Below, in pieces: positions 1-9,630 of a stretch of DNA of 64,000 nt. Position numbers and translations under genes: made by a program. This stretch comes from Dehalococcoidia bacterium (lineage in GTDB: Bacteria; Chloroflexota; Dehalococcoidia; Lucifugimonadales; UBA2985). The notes under the pieces are model-generated. The model worked only from the letters and a program-made list of their open reading frames with translations. It did no database searches and was not told the DNA's origin. Numbering within the stretch: the stretch's first letter is position 1; every line of letters begins with the position of its first letter. The DNA lies in the NCBI GenBank assembly GCA_963580875.1, contig CAUZMC010000003.1:2729-66728 (forward strand), written 5' to 3'.

Positions 1-170
1 AAAGCTACTACATCGCTTTCATTGTTTTTGCGATCTCCGGCACGCTGGGAGCCGCACTTATGGTGTTCCTTCGGCCTCCACAGCAATCGATTATTTAGCA
101 TATACCCAGACAGTATGCCAACGGAGCAACCAGACATGCTAGTTAATTCCTAACAAATAAAAGACTGAGG

Positions 171-1208
171 CTAGGCCTTTTCTTCGTCTTCAGCTTCGAC
201 TTCCACTACAACGGGAACCAGATTTGCCGAAGAAGCTCTAATCCGTCCTTCCACTTCGGCAGATAGTTCCGGGTGCTGAGAAAGATACTCTTTGGCAGAT
301 TCTCTTCCCTGACCAAGCCTAAGATCGCCATAGGAGTAAAAAGAGCCAGCTTTTGTAATTGTGCCGTCTGTTGTCCCAAGGTCTAGAATATCGCCTTCCT
401 TGCTAATTCCACGGTTAAACATGATGTCAAATTCGGCAACACGGAATGGAGGAGCTACCTTGTTCTTCACAACCCGGGCCTTGACCCTGGTCCCCACAAC
501 TACTGTGCCATGCTTAATGGAATCCACTCGACGAAGATCTATGCGGACTGAACTGTAGAACTTAAGCGCGCGTCCTCCAGGAGTGACCTCAGGATTGCCG
601 AAAACCACGCCTATTTTCTCTCGAAGTTGGTTTATGAAGATGACCGAGGCATGAGATCGATTGATTGCCGCAGATAGCTTACGTAAGCCCTGTGACATGA
701 GACGAGCCTGCAACCCCATGTGGGTGTCACCCATATCACCCTCAAGTTCTGCCCTCGGGACAAGAGCAGCCACGCTATCGATAACGATCACGTCCACTGC
801 ACCGCTTCTAACTAGATATTCAGTTATTTCTAGGGCCTGCTCTGCAGTATCAGGCTGAGATACCAAGAGCTCATCCAGGTTCACCCCGAGATTACTGGCA
901 TAAGCAGGGTCAAGGGCATTCTCGGCATCTATGTAAGCCGCCGTGCCGTCCGCTTTCTGTGCTTCCGCCATTATGTGATGGGCCAGCGTGGATTTCCCTG
1001 CAGACTCGGCCCCAAATATCTCGATAACCCTTCCGCGAGGAATCCCACCTATACCCAACGCCATATCTAAAGAAAGAGATCCGGTTGGTATGGCCTCCAC
1101 TGCGAGCCTCTGGCCAGCCTCGCCCAGCTTCATTATGCTCCCCTTCCCCACCTGCCGTTCTATCTGGCTCAGAGCCAACTCCAGAGCTTTCGCCTTTTCC
1201 GTGGCCAT
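171..1208 (-). CDS. recA: Recombinase RecA
   Basis: The translation [30 protein letters not shown]... has the Walker A motif GAESAGKST and is RecA-like throughout. ATG at 1208 has GGAGGG 4-5 nt upstream, so I prefer it to GTG at 1220. Confidence 0.95.
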   Translation of the reverse strand: MATEKAKALELALSQIERQVGKGSIMKLGEAGQRLAVEAIPTGSLSLDMALGIGGIPRGRVIEIFGAESAGKSTLAHHIMAEAQKADGTAAYIDAENALDPAYASNLGVNLDELLVSQPDTAEQALEITEYLVRSGAVDVIVIDSVAALVPRAELEGDMGDTHMGLQARLMSQGLRKLSAAINRSHASVIFINQLREKIGVVFGNPEVTPGGRALKFYSSVRIDLRRVDSIKHGTVVVGTRVKARVVKNKVAPPFRVAEFDIMFNRGISKEGDILDLGTTDGTITKAGSFYSYGDLRLGQGRESAKEYLSQHPELSAEVEGRIRASSANLVPVVVEVEAEDEEKA

Positions 1209-1340
1209 AGAACCCTCCACTTTACTAATCTTTCAACATGATAGCATGGGGTAAATGTATGGACAAGGGAACTATTTCAGTTGATACTTAGTCAGTATCA
1301 GGTACGCTGATTCAATGCCTTCAGGCAGGTCCCAACGTTT

Positions 1341-3248
1341 ATGAGCAAGTTATCGGTGATGATATTGATGTTGGTGGCGCTTTCCCTGGTTCTGAGCTGC
1401 ACTCCCACTCAGGAACCAATGGCAGATCACGCAAGTGAACCTGAAAAGACAGCCTCTCTTTCCGCTAACGTTACTCCCATTCCCCTTTCAGCGAAGGAAT
1501 ACCTCACAGAAGCACCGGATAGAGACCACTACTCCTTGATTCAGCGGCTGCGTTCTGATCTAGACCAACCGATAGAGCGGATCGTGAACCCAAACCCTGT
1601 CAGCTATGAAATAGGACGGCGGGATGTGTTCTGGGTACTTGACCATGTGGATATGGAGATGTACGAAATAGAAGCAGAAATACTCTTCGTCAGCGAGCAC
1701 GCCTATTGGTATTTCCAGGCTGGATATGAGCCTCCTGCGGAAGCGTTTCCGACCACTGCTCAAGCCTTTGAAGAAACCATATATCCCACAGTGACCAAGG
1801 CCTTCGGCAATGAGTGGTCCCCCGGAGTGGACAATGATACCCACATAACCATCCTTCATTCTGCATTACGTCCCAGAGAAATCGCTGGTTACTACAGCGC
1901 CGCCGACGAATATCCAAAAGAAATCAATCCCTTCAGCAATGAACGAGAGATTTTCTACATGAATACAAGTGGCTTCGTGGGTTCACCCTCATATCTGGGA
2001 ACCCTGGCCCACGAACTGCAGCACGCTATTCACTGGGCGGGCGATTCAGGAGAAGAAACATGGATCAACGAGGGGCTCTCAGAAGTGGCTAAGACACTAG
2101 TTAACTACGGACCCGGTTTTGTCAACTATTTCACTCAGTCCCCAAATACCTCTCTAACTGCCTGGCCATTAGGCACAACATCAACTCTGCCACATTACGG
2201 CGCCGCCTACCTCTTTATGGAATACCTAGCCCAGCATTATGGCAGTCACGACGACCTCAACAAACTCGTAAGCCAACAGGAAGACGGACTAGAGGGCATC
2301 ACATCCTATCTACAAGCACTTGGCTACGAGACGACATTTCAAGAAGTCTTCCAGGACTGGCTGGTAACAAATTATCTCGACTCACAGAAAATCGGTAAAT
2401 ACACATACGCAGGGCTTGATGTAAGTGTCAGCCCTTCGAAAACGATAAATGAGTACGGCAACCACCGCAGCACCGTAAACCAGTACTCAGGAGAGTACAT
2501 AGAGGTACGCATGAAAGAAGGCGACGCTCTGTTATCTTTTCAGGGACAATTAGAAGCACCCCTTTTACCCACCGCAGTATATAGTGGCAACTACTGTTGG
2601 TGGGGAAACCGCGGAGATTCTATAGATTCAGTACTAACCACGGCAATCGACCTCACTCAAGCCGCCCAAGCTACCCTAAATTTCCAAACATGGTACAACA
2701 TAGAAGAATCATGGGACTACGCATACGTAGAAGTGTCATCTGATGACGGAGAGACCTGGGATATTCTGGAGGGTAGCCAATCCACTTCGCAAAACCCAGT
2801 CGGCTTCAGCTTCGGCCCTGGCTACACTGGACAAAGCAACGGCTGGCAAAAAATCTCAGTGAGCCTAACTCCATATGCAAAAATGAAAATCCTTCTTCGC
2901 TTTGAATACATAACCGACGGGGCCACCAACACTGATGGTATTTGCATAGACGACATCTCTATCCCTGAGATAGGCTACTTCGACGACGCCGAGAGCGATG
3001 GTCAGTGGGAGGCTCTAGGGTTTATCAGGACCGACAACCGCGTACCACAAGCCTACCTGGTACAGGTCATAGAGATAGGAGACGAGGTCAGCATTCGGAG
3101 CATGTCCATTAATCAGACCGGAAGTGGATCTCTACTTCTTAAAGGATTCGGTACCGACATTAAGCGAGCAATAGTGATAATCGCACCCATCGCACCAAAG
3201 ACAACTCAACCCTCGTCCTATGTGCTATCTGTAGGGCCAGCACCCTAA
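1341..3248 (+). CDS. Secreted/lipoprotein zinc metallopeptidase (MA clan; HEXXH plus NEGLSE) with a C-terminal beta-sandwich-like domain
   Basis: The N-terminus is hydrophobic with a lipobox-like LVLSC. HELQH lies at 2010-2024, followed by WINEGLSE, which resembles a gluzincin third ligand. The C-terminal WDYAYVEVSSDDGETW...LLRFEYITDG resembles the accessory domain of InhA/M6-like peptidases. Confidence 0.6.
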   Translation: MSKLSVMILMLVALSLVLSCTPTQEPMADHASEPEKTASLSANVTPIPLSAKEYLTEAPDRDHYSLIQRLRSDLDQPIERIVNPNPVSYEIGRRDVFWVLDHVDMEMYEIEAEILFVSEHAYWYFQAGYEPPAEAFPTTAQAFEETIYPTVTKAFGNEWSPGVDNDTHITILHSALRPREIAGYYSAADEYPKEINPFSNEREIFYMNTSGFVGSPSYLGTLAHELQHAIHWAGDSGEETWINEGLSEVAKTLVNYGPGFVNYFTQSPNTSLTAWPLGTTSTLPHYGAAYLFMEYLAQHYGSHDDLNKLVSQQEDGLEGITSYLQALGYETTFQEVFQDWLVTNYLDSQKIGKYTYAGLDVSVSPSKTINEYGNHRSTVNQYSGEYIEVRMKEGDALLSFQGQLEAPLLPTAVYSGNYCWWGNRGDSIDSVLTTAIDLTQAAQATLNFQTWYNIEESWDYAYVEVSSDDGETWDILEGSQSTSQNPVGFSFGPGYTGQSNGWQKISVSLTPYAKMKILLRFEYITDGATNTDGICIDDISIPEIGYFDDAESDGQWEALGFIRTDNRVPQAYLVQVIEIGDEVSIRSMSINQTGSGSLLLKGFGTDIKRAIVIIAPIAPKTTQPSSYVLSVGPAP

Positions 3249-3448
3249 TAAGATACAACCAGCGAGTGCTGATAGTATCTGCCAATCTCCTGGCCGGTAA
3301 GGGGCTGGCAGCCCTGATGGCGACCCCAACAGTAAGTGCTACAACGAAGGGAACAATGCAGATAGTGACCACTCGCAATCTCTTCAGCGGCAACATCACC
3401 AATCGTACTGGAAGCAGAAGCAATCAACCCCAGTCAGTTTATCCCTAC

Positions 3449-3751
3449 TTAATCCACCACGTTCAAGTGTTCCTTCAAAGCCTCCACAGCTTGGTGACAG
3501 CCGAATACGGTAGTGAGCCTCCCATTGACCCTCACTCGCCGCTTGGCAATGAGTCCTCTTTTGTGCAAAAGGTAGAGAGACCAGCTCAATGAAGAGCGCT
3601 TCAACCTAGGGAATATCTGGAGCAGGCCTTCGTCACTGTTATCAAAAACCTCGTCTGTACGTCGGTTCAACTCCTCTAAAAGCATAGCCTGAAGGGGAGG
3701 CAACCCTTCCTCCATTGGTCCCTTGGAAACCATGATCTGAGATATCTTCAT
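3449..3751 (-). CDS. Small hypothetical protein, possibly winged-helix DNA-binding
   Basis: This 100-aa ORF fills its gap. The segment SLSWSLYLLHKRGLIAKRRVRVNGRLTTVFG looks like a recognition helix plus wing. I recognise no family with certainty. Confidence 0.3.
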   Translation of the reverse strand: MKISQIMVSKGPMEEGLPPLQAMLLEELNRRTDEVFDNSDEGLLQIFPRLKRSSLSWSLYLLHKRGLIAKRRVRVNGRLTTVFGCHQAVEALKEHLNVVD

Positions 3752-3967
3752 ATTTCACCTTCCCTACATACTAAGCGCTACCAAGAGTTTATCAGCATTA
3801 TCAATGCACTTTACAAGCATAACACAGCGCACTTAGAGTTTCAGGCAGCTATTAACATAAAAATAGCCCGGAGATATAAAAATCTCTGAGCTATTCGCAA
3901 TCTATAAGAATTCCGCCTCGTTGCCCGAATTCAACTTTCTTTATTCTCGCGCTATGTTCTCAAACGG

Positions 3968-4903
3968 TTACCACCATATCTTGTTCTCAACGCTACTCTG
4001 CAACTCCGTAAAGTCCTTGGTCCATAGAGCAGTGCTCAGATACTTCCACCCAGCATCGGCTAGCAGGCAAACAATATTCCCGCTATCCATGCTTTCTGCC
4101 AATCTGATTGCACAGCACACTACGGACCCGGATGAGACGCCTGCGAATATGCCTTCCTTCTCCATAAGCTCACGCGTGACTCGAAAGGCTTCCTTGCTCT
4201 CAACCATTATGCGACTATCTAGGATAGAAAGGTCCAAGATAGGGGGAATGAACCCATCTTCCAGGCTGCGAAGGCCCTGGATTACGTCATCGGGGTGTGG
4301 CACGACAGCAACCACCTTTATATTTGGGTTATACTCTTTAAGGCGTCTACCCACTCCCATGAGCGACCCACCTGTCCCCAATCCAGCCACAAACACGTCT
4401 ATCTCTGGGAGGTCCTCTACGACTTCCTTCCCTGTGGTCTCATAATGAGCCCTTGGATTAGCCTCGTTGCCGTACTGGTACGGCATGAAGTAGCCATCGT
4501 CATTGGCTGCCATTTCCTCGGCCACTACTATGGCCCCGTTAGTGCCCTGGGCCCCATCGCTGTACACTATCTCCGCGCCGTAAGCCTGTAGCAGCTGTGC
4601 CCGCTCCACGCTGACATTCTCTGGCATAATCACCTTTATCCTGTATCCTTTTCGACGCGCAAGAAACGCAAGGGCTATTCCCGTATTCCCACTGGTGGGC
4701 TCCAGAATAATCTTGTCGTGCGTAAGAGTGCCATCGGCCTCAGCCCGCTCAATCATATACTTAGCAATCCGATCCTTAAGACTGCCTGTGGGATTATTCC
4801 CCTCTAGTTTGGCAAATATGTGGACGTCCTTCTTAGGACTCATCCGCTCTATCTCCACCATTGGCGTCCCGCCAACAGTATCCAGAATGTCTTTTTTCTT
4901 CAT
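3968..4903 (-). CDS. cysM: PLP-dependent cysteine synthase (CysK/CysM family)
   Basis: The N-terminus GGTPMVEIERMS...KLEGNNPTGSLKDRIA carries the PLP-lysine motif, and a glycine loop GLGTGGSLMG is present. The NPTGS variant and the adjacent E1-like gene suggest the CysM/thiocarboxylate-type branch. Confidence 0.75.
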   Translation of the reverse strand: MKKKDILDTVGGTPMVEIERMSPKKDVHIFAKLEGNNPTGSLKDRIAKYMIERAEADGTLTHDKIILEPTSGNTGIALAFLARRKGYRIKVIMPENVSVERAQLLQAYGAEIVYSDGAQGTNGAIVVAEEMAANDDGYFMPYQYGNEANPRAHYETTGKEVVEDLPEIDVFVAGLGTGGSLMGVGRRLKEYNPNIKVVAVVPHPDDVIQGLRSLEDGFIPPILDLSILDSRIMVESKEAFRVTRELMEKEGIFAGVSSGSVVCCAIRLAESMDSGNIVCLLADAGWKYLSTALWTKDFTELQSSVENKIWW

Positions 4904-4944
4904 AACCTATTGTCCAATTGCTTACTCTCTAATACATCTCAGCC

Positions 4945-5772
4945 TTAGCTGGCGACTACAGGGTCCTTGAGCCCACAGAAGATTTCGTAGTCTATAAGCT
5001 CATGGACTGTAGGGTTATCTCCACACAGCGGGCACTGAGGATTACGCCGCAGCTTCACTGTGCGAAAATCCATGCTTAAAGCATCAATGAGCAACAACCG
5101 GCCCACCAAGGGCTCGCCTACTCCCAAGATCAACTTCATAGTCTCAACCGCCTGAATGCTCCCCACCAGGCCACATAGTGCACCCAACACGCCCGCTTCG
5201 GCGCAACTTGGCACTACTCCAGGGGGTGGAGGCGTGGGGAAGAGACAGCGGTAGCATCCTTTACCAGGGATGAACACGCTGGCCTGTCCATCGAAAATCA
5301 AAATACTGCCGTCCACCAGCGGCTTGCCTGAAAGATAGGCAGCATCGTTAACCAGATATCTGGCTGCGAAATTGTCAGCACCATTGATTATGATGTCGTA
5401 CTGGGGAATGATCTCCATAGCGTTTGCAGAGGTAAGGGGGGCCTCATGGGTCACCACTTTGACGTCAGCATTATACTCAGCTAGGCTCTCCTGGGCCGAC
5501 AAAACCTTTGGCTTCCCAATATCCCCCTGGCGGTGAAGAATCTGGCGCTGCAGGTTACTTAACTCCACAACATCGAAATCCACGATTCCTATGGTGCCTA
5601 CACCAGCCAAAGCCAAATACACAGCCACAGGGGAACCCAGCCCGCCGGCGCCAACAATGAGGACCTTCGCATTGAGAAGATTGCGCTGCCCTTTGCTCCC
5701 CACCTGGGGCATGATAAGGTGTCGACTATACCGTTTTACTTGTTCTGATGTTAATACTGTTGCCTGAGTCAT
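4945..5772 (-). CDS. ThiF/MoeB/HesA-family E1-like adenylyltransferase
   Basis: Motifs seen are YSRHLIMPQVG, the Rossmann loop VLIVGAGGLGSP, and two Cys pairs (CYRC, CPLC). ATG at 5772 has GGAGGG upstream, so I prefer it to the ORF-track start at 5823. There is no rhodanese domain. Confidence 0.8.
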   Translation of the reverse strand: MTQATVLTSEQVKRYSRHLIMPQVGSKGQRNLLNAKVLIVGAGGLGSPVAVYLALAGVGTIGIVDFDVVELSNLQRQILHRQGDIGKPKVLSAQESLAEYNADVKVVTHEAPLTSANAMEIIPQYDIIINGADNFAARYLVNDAAYLSGKPLVDGSILIFDGQASVFIPGKGCYRCLFPTPPPPGVVPSCAEAGVLGALCGLVGSIQAVETMKLILGVGEPLVGRLLLIDALSMDFRTVKLRRNPQCPLCGDNPTVHELIDYEIFCGLKDPVVAS

Positions 5773-6052
5773 ATCTTGGCCCTCCTTTTTTAACAGGCAC
5801 TTACCATTAAGTGTTAATCCCATCTCGCAGATGCACCCTAATCCGAAAATTTAACTCTCGGCTGAGGCCTGAAGCGTAAATCCTAACAGAACCGACCTTC
5901 CTCTCAGTTTGAACCAATACCAAATCTGGTACATCCGCCGACTTTGAAGTCGATTCTGGAATTTGCCAAATCAGGAATGGAAGTGATACTTAGTACTCTA
6001 TGGACTGCATCGACGCCTGCGCGCGCCATCTCCTGCTTACATCAATGGACAA

Positions 6053-6081
6053 ATTATATCACCCCCCCTGTACACCTTCAA
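6053..6081 (-). promoter_or_regulatory. Sigma70-type promoter with extended -10, facing the E1-like/cysM genes
   Basis: The minus strand reads TTGAAG - 17 nt - TATAAT, with TG one nucleotide upstream of the -10 (TGATATAAT). The -35 overlaps a CGACTT half-site. A leader of about 275 nt follows before ATG 5772. Confidence 0.5.
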
Positions 6082-6134
6082 GTCGAGGCGATATTATAAG
6101 TATATAAAGTCGACTTTCAATAAGGAGGAACGTC

Positions 6135-6788
6135 ATGGATACAATATCCCTAGACGTTAGTCCAAGGGGCACCCTAAGGAAAAAAGTAAAGGCTCTACGG
6201 AGAACGGGCATCGTTCCCATACATATCTACGGCAATGGGATACCCTCGAAGGCCTTGCAAGCTGACAATATGACTGTCAGCAAAGTCGTGCGGCAAGTGG
6301 GACAGAACATTCCCCTGTACCTCAAGGTTGAGGGCGCCGAAGAACAGGAGCTAGTGTTTGTCCGCGAAGTTCAGCTCCATCCCGTTACCAACGTACTACT
6401 GCATGTGGACTTCTTCCGAGTGGACCCCAGCATGAAGGCAATGGGAGCGGTCCCTATTGTTCTCGTAGGAGAGGCCCCTGCAGTAAAGGTGCGTAAGGGG
6501 ATCTTAATGCAAACCCTACACATGCTCTCAGTTGAATGCCTGCCAATGGAAATGCCGGAACGCATAGAGATAGATATATCCGTCCTTGAGGATCTAGAGC
6601 AGAGCATGCGTGTCACTGACTACACTCCCAAATCAGGCCTTACCATTCTAACAGACCCAGATGAGCTAATTGTCAGAGTTGCCTCTCCCAGAATAGCCGC
6701 CACCGATGGAACGGCCGAACGACCTGAGCCTGCGGCAGTTCCAACCAGTGGAAAAGCAACAGAAAGCACGGAAGCAGAAGGCAGCTAA
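6135..6788 (+). CDS. rplY: 50S ribosomal protein L25 / general stress protein Ctc
   Basis: The translation begins LDVSPRGTLRKKVKALRRTGIVPIHIYG, with a Ctc-type C-terminal extension. AAGGAGG lies 6 nt upstream of the ATG. Confidence 0.9.
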   Translation: MDTISLDVSPRGTLRKKVKALRRTGIVPIHIYGNGIPSKALQADNMTVSKVVRQVGQNIPLYLKVEGAEEQELVFVREVQLHPVTNVLLHVDFFRVDPSMKAMGAVPIVLVGEAPAVKVRKGILMQTLHMLSVECLPMEMPERIEIDISVLEDLEQSMRVTDYTPKSGLTILTDPDELIVRVASPRIAATDGTAERPEPAAVPTSGKATESTEAEGS

Positions 6789-6800
6789 TCTGCCTTCTGC
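6774..6800. terminator. Perfect 11-bp hairpin spanning the rplY stop codon, between convergent rplY and fmt
   Basis: GCAGAAGGCAG-CTAAT-CTGCCTTCTGC. The rplY TAA sits in the loop. No clear U-tract follows on the + strand. Confidence 0.4.
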
Positions 6801-6834
6801 AGAATGGCTCTAGGGCCTTGCCCTTAAAGCCCTA

Positions 6835-7806
6835 CTAACTGGGCAAAAGCGAGCCTCGAAAATTCTCGTGGCCTTGTAAAAAATCTCTGGCCTCCGCGTC
6901 CTTTTTACCCTCAAACTGAACCCTCTTGAGCCCGAGGACGCCATCTCCTGTAACCACACCAACTGCCACCTGAGAGTTAGGGGATAAGAGTACAACTGTG
7001 CCGGGAGTATCATCGCCAGTTGTCATCTGATAGGTTTGAGCAGGCAAAGGCACGGCCTCCACAACCTTGAGCAATTTCCCCTGCCAGCGTGTGTAAGAGC
7101 CCGGCCAGGAGGAGTAAGCACGCACCTGACGCCATATGATATCAGCAGAACGCTGCCACTGAATGACCCCATCTTCTTTAGTTAACTTACGCGCGTAAGT
7201 TGCTAGCGCTTCTTCCTGAGGGAGGGGTGCAGGAATGCCTCGGTAATAGGAGGGCAAGCTATTCACTAGGAGCTTCGCTCCCTCACGGAACAACTTATCC
7301 GTCAGAGTCACCATTGTGTCTTCGGGCAGTATGGGCCACTCTTGCTGGGCAATTATCGGGCCTGAGTCCATTCCCTCGTCCAATCGCATTACTGTTACGC
7401 CAGTTACCTCGTCCCCTTCCAGGATGGCAAAGGCAACTGGGGAAGGGCCTCTATGGCGCGGTAACAGCGACGGATGTATGTTCACACATCCAAAGGCTGG
7501 CAAGTTCACTATCTCCTTGGGGAGAATTTTCCCGTAGGCAGCAACAACTATGATATCAGCAGTGAGGGACACCATCTCACGATATGTATCTATCGCCCCT
7601 AAAGAGGAGGGCTGAATTACCCTGAGGCCATGCGCTTCCGCGTAAATTTTAACCGGCGATGGATGCACGGCCCTTCCCCTTCCTGCCGGTCTATCCGGCT
7701 GGGTGTACACCCCCACAACTTGAATTCCACTTTCAACTAGGAGCTCCAAAGGAGAAATCGAAAAGTGTGGCGTCCCCATGTAAATTACTTTCATTCTCTT
7801 ATCCAT
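6835..7806 (-). CDS. fmt: Methionyl-tRNA formyltransferase
   Basis: The N-terminus MKVIYMGTPHFSISPLELL...VYTQPDRPAGRGR and the HPSLLPRHRG motif are present. The true start may be ATG 7794 (MKVIY) rather than 7806. Confidence 0.95.
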   Translation of the reverse strand: MDKRMKVIYMGTPHFSISPLELLVESGIQVVGVYTQPDRPAGRGRAVHPSPVKIYAEAHGLRVIQPSSLGAIDTYREMVSLTADIIVVAAYGKILPKEIVNLPAFGCVNIHPSLLPRHRGPSPVAFAILEGDEVTGVTVMRLDEGMDSGPIIAQQEWPILPEDTMVTLTDKLFREGAKLLVNSLPSYYRGIPAPLPQEEALATYARKLTKEDGVIQWQRSADIIWRQVRAYSSWPGSYTRWQGKLLKVVEAVPLPAQTYQMTTGDDTPGTVVLLSPNSQVAVGVVTGDGVLGLKRVQFEGKKDAEARDFLQGHENFRGSLLPS

Positions 7807-8016
7807 GCCTAGAGTATAGAGTTATACCAATACTCAAACAATAACCACTTAAAACTCGTCGAAAACTCCCTTCCCCACTCCTTGCAACCCCTGGACAACC
7901 CACCTGTTATATTAGCAGTGGTCCCAACAAAATGGGGCCGCCAACTCCGCCCCGGACTCACCTCCGCAAGGCTTATTAATTAACCTGATATTCAGGTGCT
8001 GTTTCAGCGTCCCTAG

Positions 8017-9465
8017 ATGCTGCTTATCTCAATTGCTTCACCTATTAGAGTATTGGTTTGCAATGTTAGGAGAGAAGACGCACCCGTGAAATACTCGAAT
8101 CCTATCCAAATATGGGAAGCAGCACTCGGCAGCTTGGAATTGCAAGTAAGTCGACCAAGCTACGCCACCTGGCTCAAAGGGACTGTCGGCCTATTTTTTA
8201 ATGACAATAAAATGGTTGTGGGAGCTCCCTCGTCTTTCGTTGCCCAATGGCTTGAGCAGCGGATGTCCTCACTAGTTGAAGCCACCCTTTCTCAAGTAAC
8301 TGGTCAGCCTGCAACCATACGGTTCCAGGTACTCACGGAACCATCCCTCCATACTGTCAACCAAATGGAACCTCAGGCTCTACCCGCCCAACTTATTCGC
8401 CCCGCAAATGGCCGCGCCGCCTCAAATGAGCCTAGATCAATTAAACTGAATCCGAAATACACCCTGGACTCCTTTGTCGTTGGCGAATCAAATCAACTCG
8501 CACATGCTGCTGCTGTCGCCGTCTCTTCAAGACCCGGTATCGCCTATAACCCACTTTTCCTGTATGGCGGCGTTGGCCTGGGGAAAACGCATCTTTTACA
8601 TGGGATTGGCCATGCCTCGGCCGGCAAGGGCCTCAGTTGTCTATACGTGAGCTCAGAACAATTTACAAACGAATTTATCACAGCAATTCAATTAAAACGA
8701 ACCGGCGAGTTCCGCGAAAAATATCGATCTGTAGATGTCCTCCTCATGGATGACATCCAATTTATGCGCGGGAAAGAAGCCATTCAAGAAGGCTTTTTCC
8801 ACACTTTTAACGATCTTCACAACTCCAACCGCCAAATCGTGATTGCTTGCGACAGGCCATCATCCGCATTGGCCCCACTGGAAGATCGGTTGCGGTCTCG
8901 CTTCCAGTGGGGGCTAAGTGCAGACATCCGAATGCCGGACATTGAAACGCGAAAGGCAATCCTTGAAGTTAAGGCTAGTTCTATGGGAGTTGGAGTTCCC
9001 GACAAGGTCCTTGACCTTATTTCTGAACATTTCCTCTCAAGTATTCGCGATTTAGAGGGAGCTCTGAACCGTGTGTGTGCATATGCTGACCTCACCGATC
9101 AACCTCTAGGCCTTGATCTCGCCTATCAAAGCCTAGGTGACTTATTAACAACCAAGCAAAAGAAAAGACCTTCAGCTGAAGTTGTTATATCTCGAGTATG
9201 TGTTTTCTATAACGTCGACGCTCAAGCACTCAGAAGTAAGCGTAGAGATAAAAAAGTAACTTTTGCTCGACAGGTAGCAGTATACTTGTTGCGTGAACTA
9301 ACAAATATGTCTTTAAAGGATATTGGATTCCTAGTTGGTAACCGAGATCATACAACCATCCGACATGCATGGGCTAAAATAGTAGAGGACAAAGATAGTA
9401 ATAGTGCCCTTAAGGCTCAGCTCGGTGCGCTCTATGAAGATATAGAAGATTCTCTTTCCGAATAA
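8017..9465 (+). CDS. dnaA: Chromosomal replication initiator DnaA
   Basis: Features seen are the AAA+ Walker A GGVGLGKTHL, a domain IV helix-turn-helix (VAVYLLRELTNMSLKDIGFLVGNRDHTTIRHA), and an N-terminal IWEAALGSLELQV. GTG 8086 (VKYSNPIQIW) is a plausible true start. Confidence 0.95.
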   Translation: MLLISIASPIRVLVCNVRREDAPVKYSNPIQIWEAALGSLELQVSRPSYATWLKGTVGLFFNDNKMVVGAPSSFVAQWLEQRMSSLVEATLSQVTGQPATIRFQVLTEPSLHTVNQMEPQALPAQLIRPANGRAASNEPRSIKLNPKYTLDSFVVGESNQLAHAAAVAVSSRPGIAYNPLFLYGGVGLGKTHLLHGIGHASAGKGLSCLYVSSEQFTNEFITAIQLKRTGEFREKYRSVDVLLMDDIQFMRGKEAIQEGFFHTFNDLHNSNRQIVIACDRPSSALAPLEDRLRSRFQWGLSADIRMPDIETRKAILEVKASSMGVGVPDKVLDLISEHFLSSIRDLEGALNRVCAYADLTDQPLGLDLAYQSLGDLLTTKQKKRPSAEVVISRVCVFYNVDAQALRSKRRDKKVTFARQVAVYLLRELTNMSLKDIGFLVGNRDHTTIRHAWAKIVEDKDSNSALKAQLGALYEDIEDSLSE

Positions 9466-9630
9466 GAGAGTTATCCACAGTATCCCCACTAATCCCACTA
9501 ACCAAATTAACTATTTAGCAGCCTGAATAAAATCGATTTTAATACCAATTTGTACTAACTCCTCACAATCCATTAATTAAAGAGTTATTGTATATTCCTA
9601 TTCCTATTATATTAGATATTACTTAATACT
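9466..9630. other. Candidate oriC / DNA-unwinding element in the dnaA-obg intergenic region
   Basis: A DnaA box cluster is followed by a very AT-rich stretch. I hand-counted 48 G+C in 165 nt. The position next to dnaA fits an origin. Confidence 0.45.
9471..9479 (+). promoter_or_regulatory. Perfect consensus DnaA box TTATCCACA
   Basis: An exact 9-mer lies 6 nt after the dnaA stop. Degenerate ATCC-core copies follow at 9480-9488 (GTATCCCCA) and about 9490-9498. Confidence 0.7.

Noticed and set aside
1221-1340. I looked for a LexA (Cheo-type GAAC-N4-GTTC) SOS box in the recA upstream region.
   Set aside because: Only GAAC-N8-GTTG is present (around 1269-1284), with no acceptable palindrome. 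No SOS box can be claimed.
3245-3427. A 60-codon Cys/His-rich ORF (…HYLHCSLRCSTYCWGRHQGC…) between the metallopeptidase gene and the small winged-helix-like gene. I considered it as a small metal-binding protein or peptide precursor.
   Set aside because: It has a TTG start without a convincing SD. Competing ORFs in other frames overlap it on both strands. No maturation enzymes lie nearby, and the Cys spacing does not match a motif I recognise. It is not supportable from sequence alone.
6059-6136. A minus-strand mini-ORF ending in ...VQGG-stop upstream of the E1-like gene. I considered it as a ThiS/CysO-type sulfur carrier.
   Set aside because: Only 25 codons follow its first ATG. The peptide is hydrophobic (MTFLLIESRLYILIISPRLEGVQGG), far too short for a beta-grasp fold. 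It also overlaps the rplY promoter/SD region.
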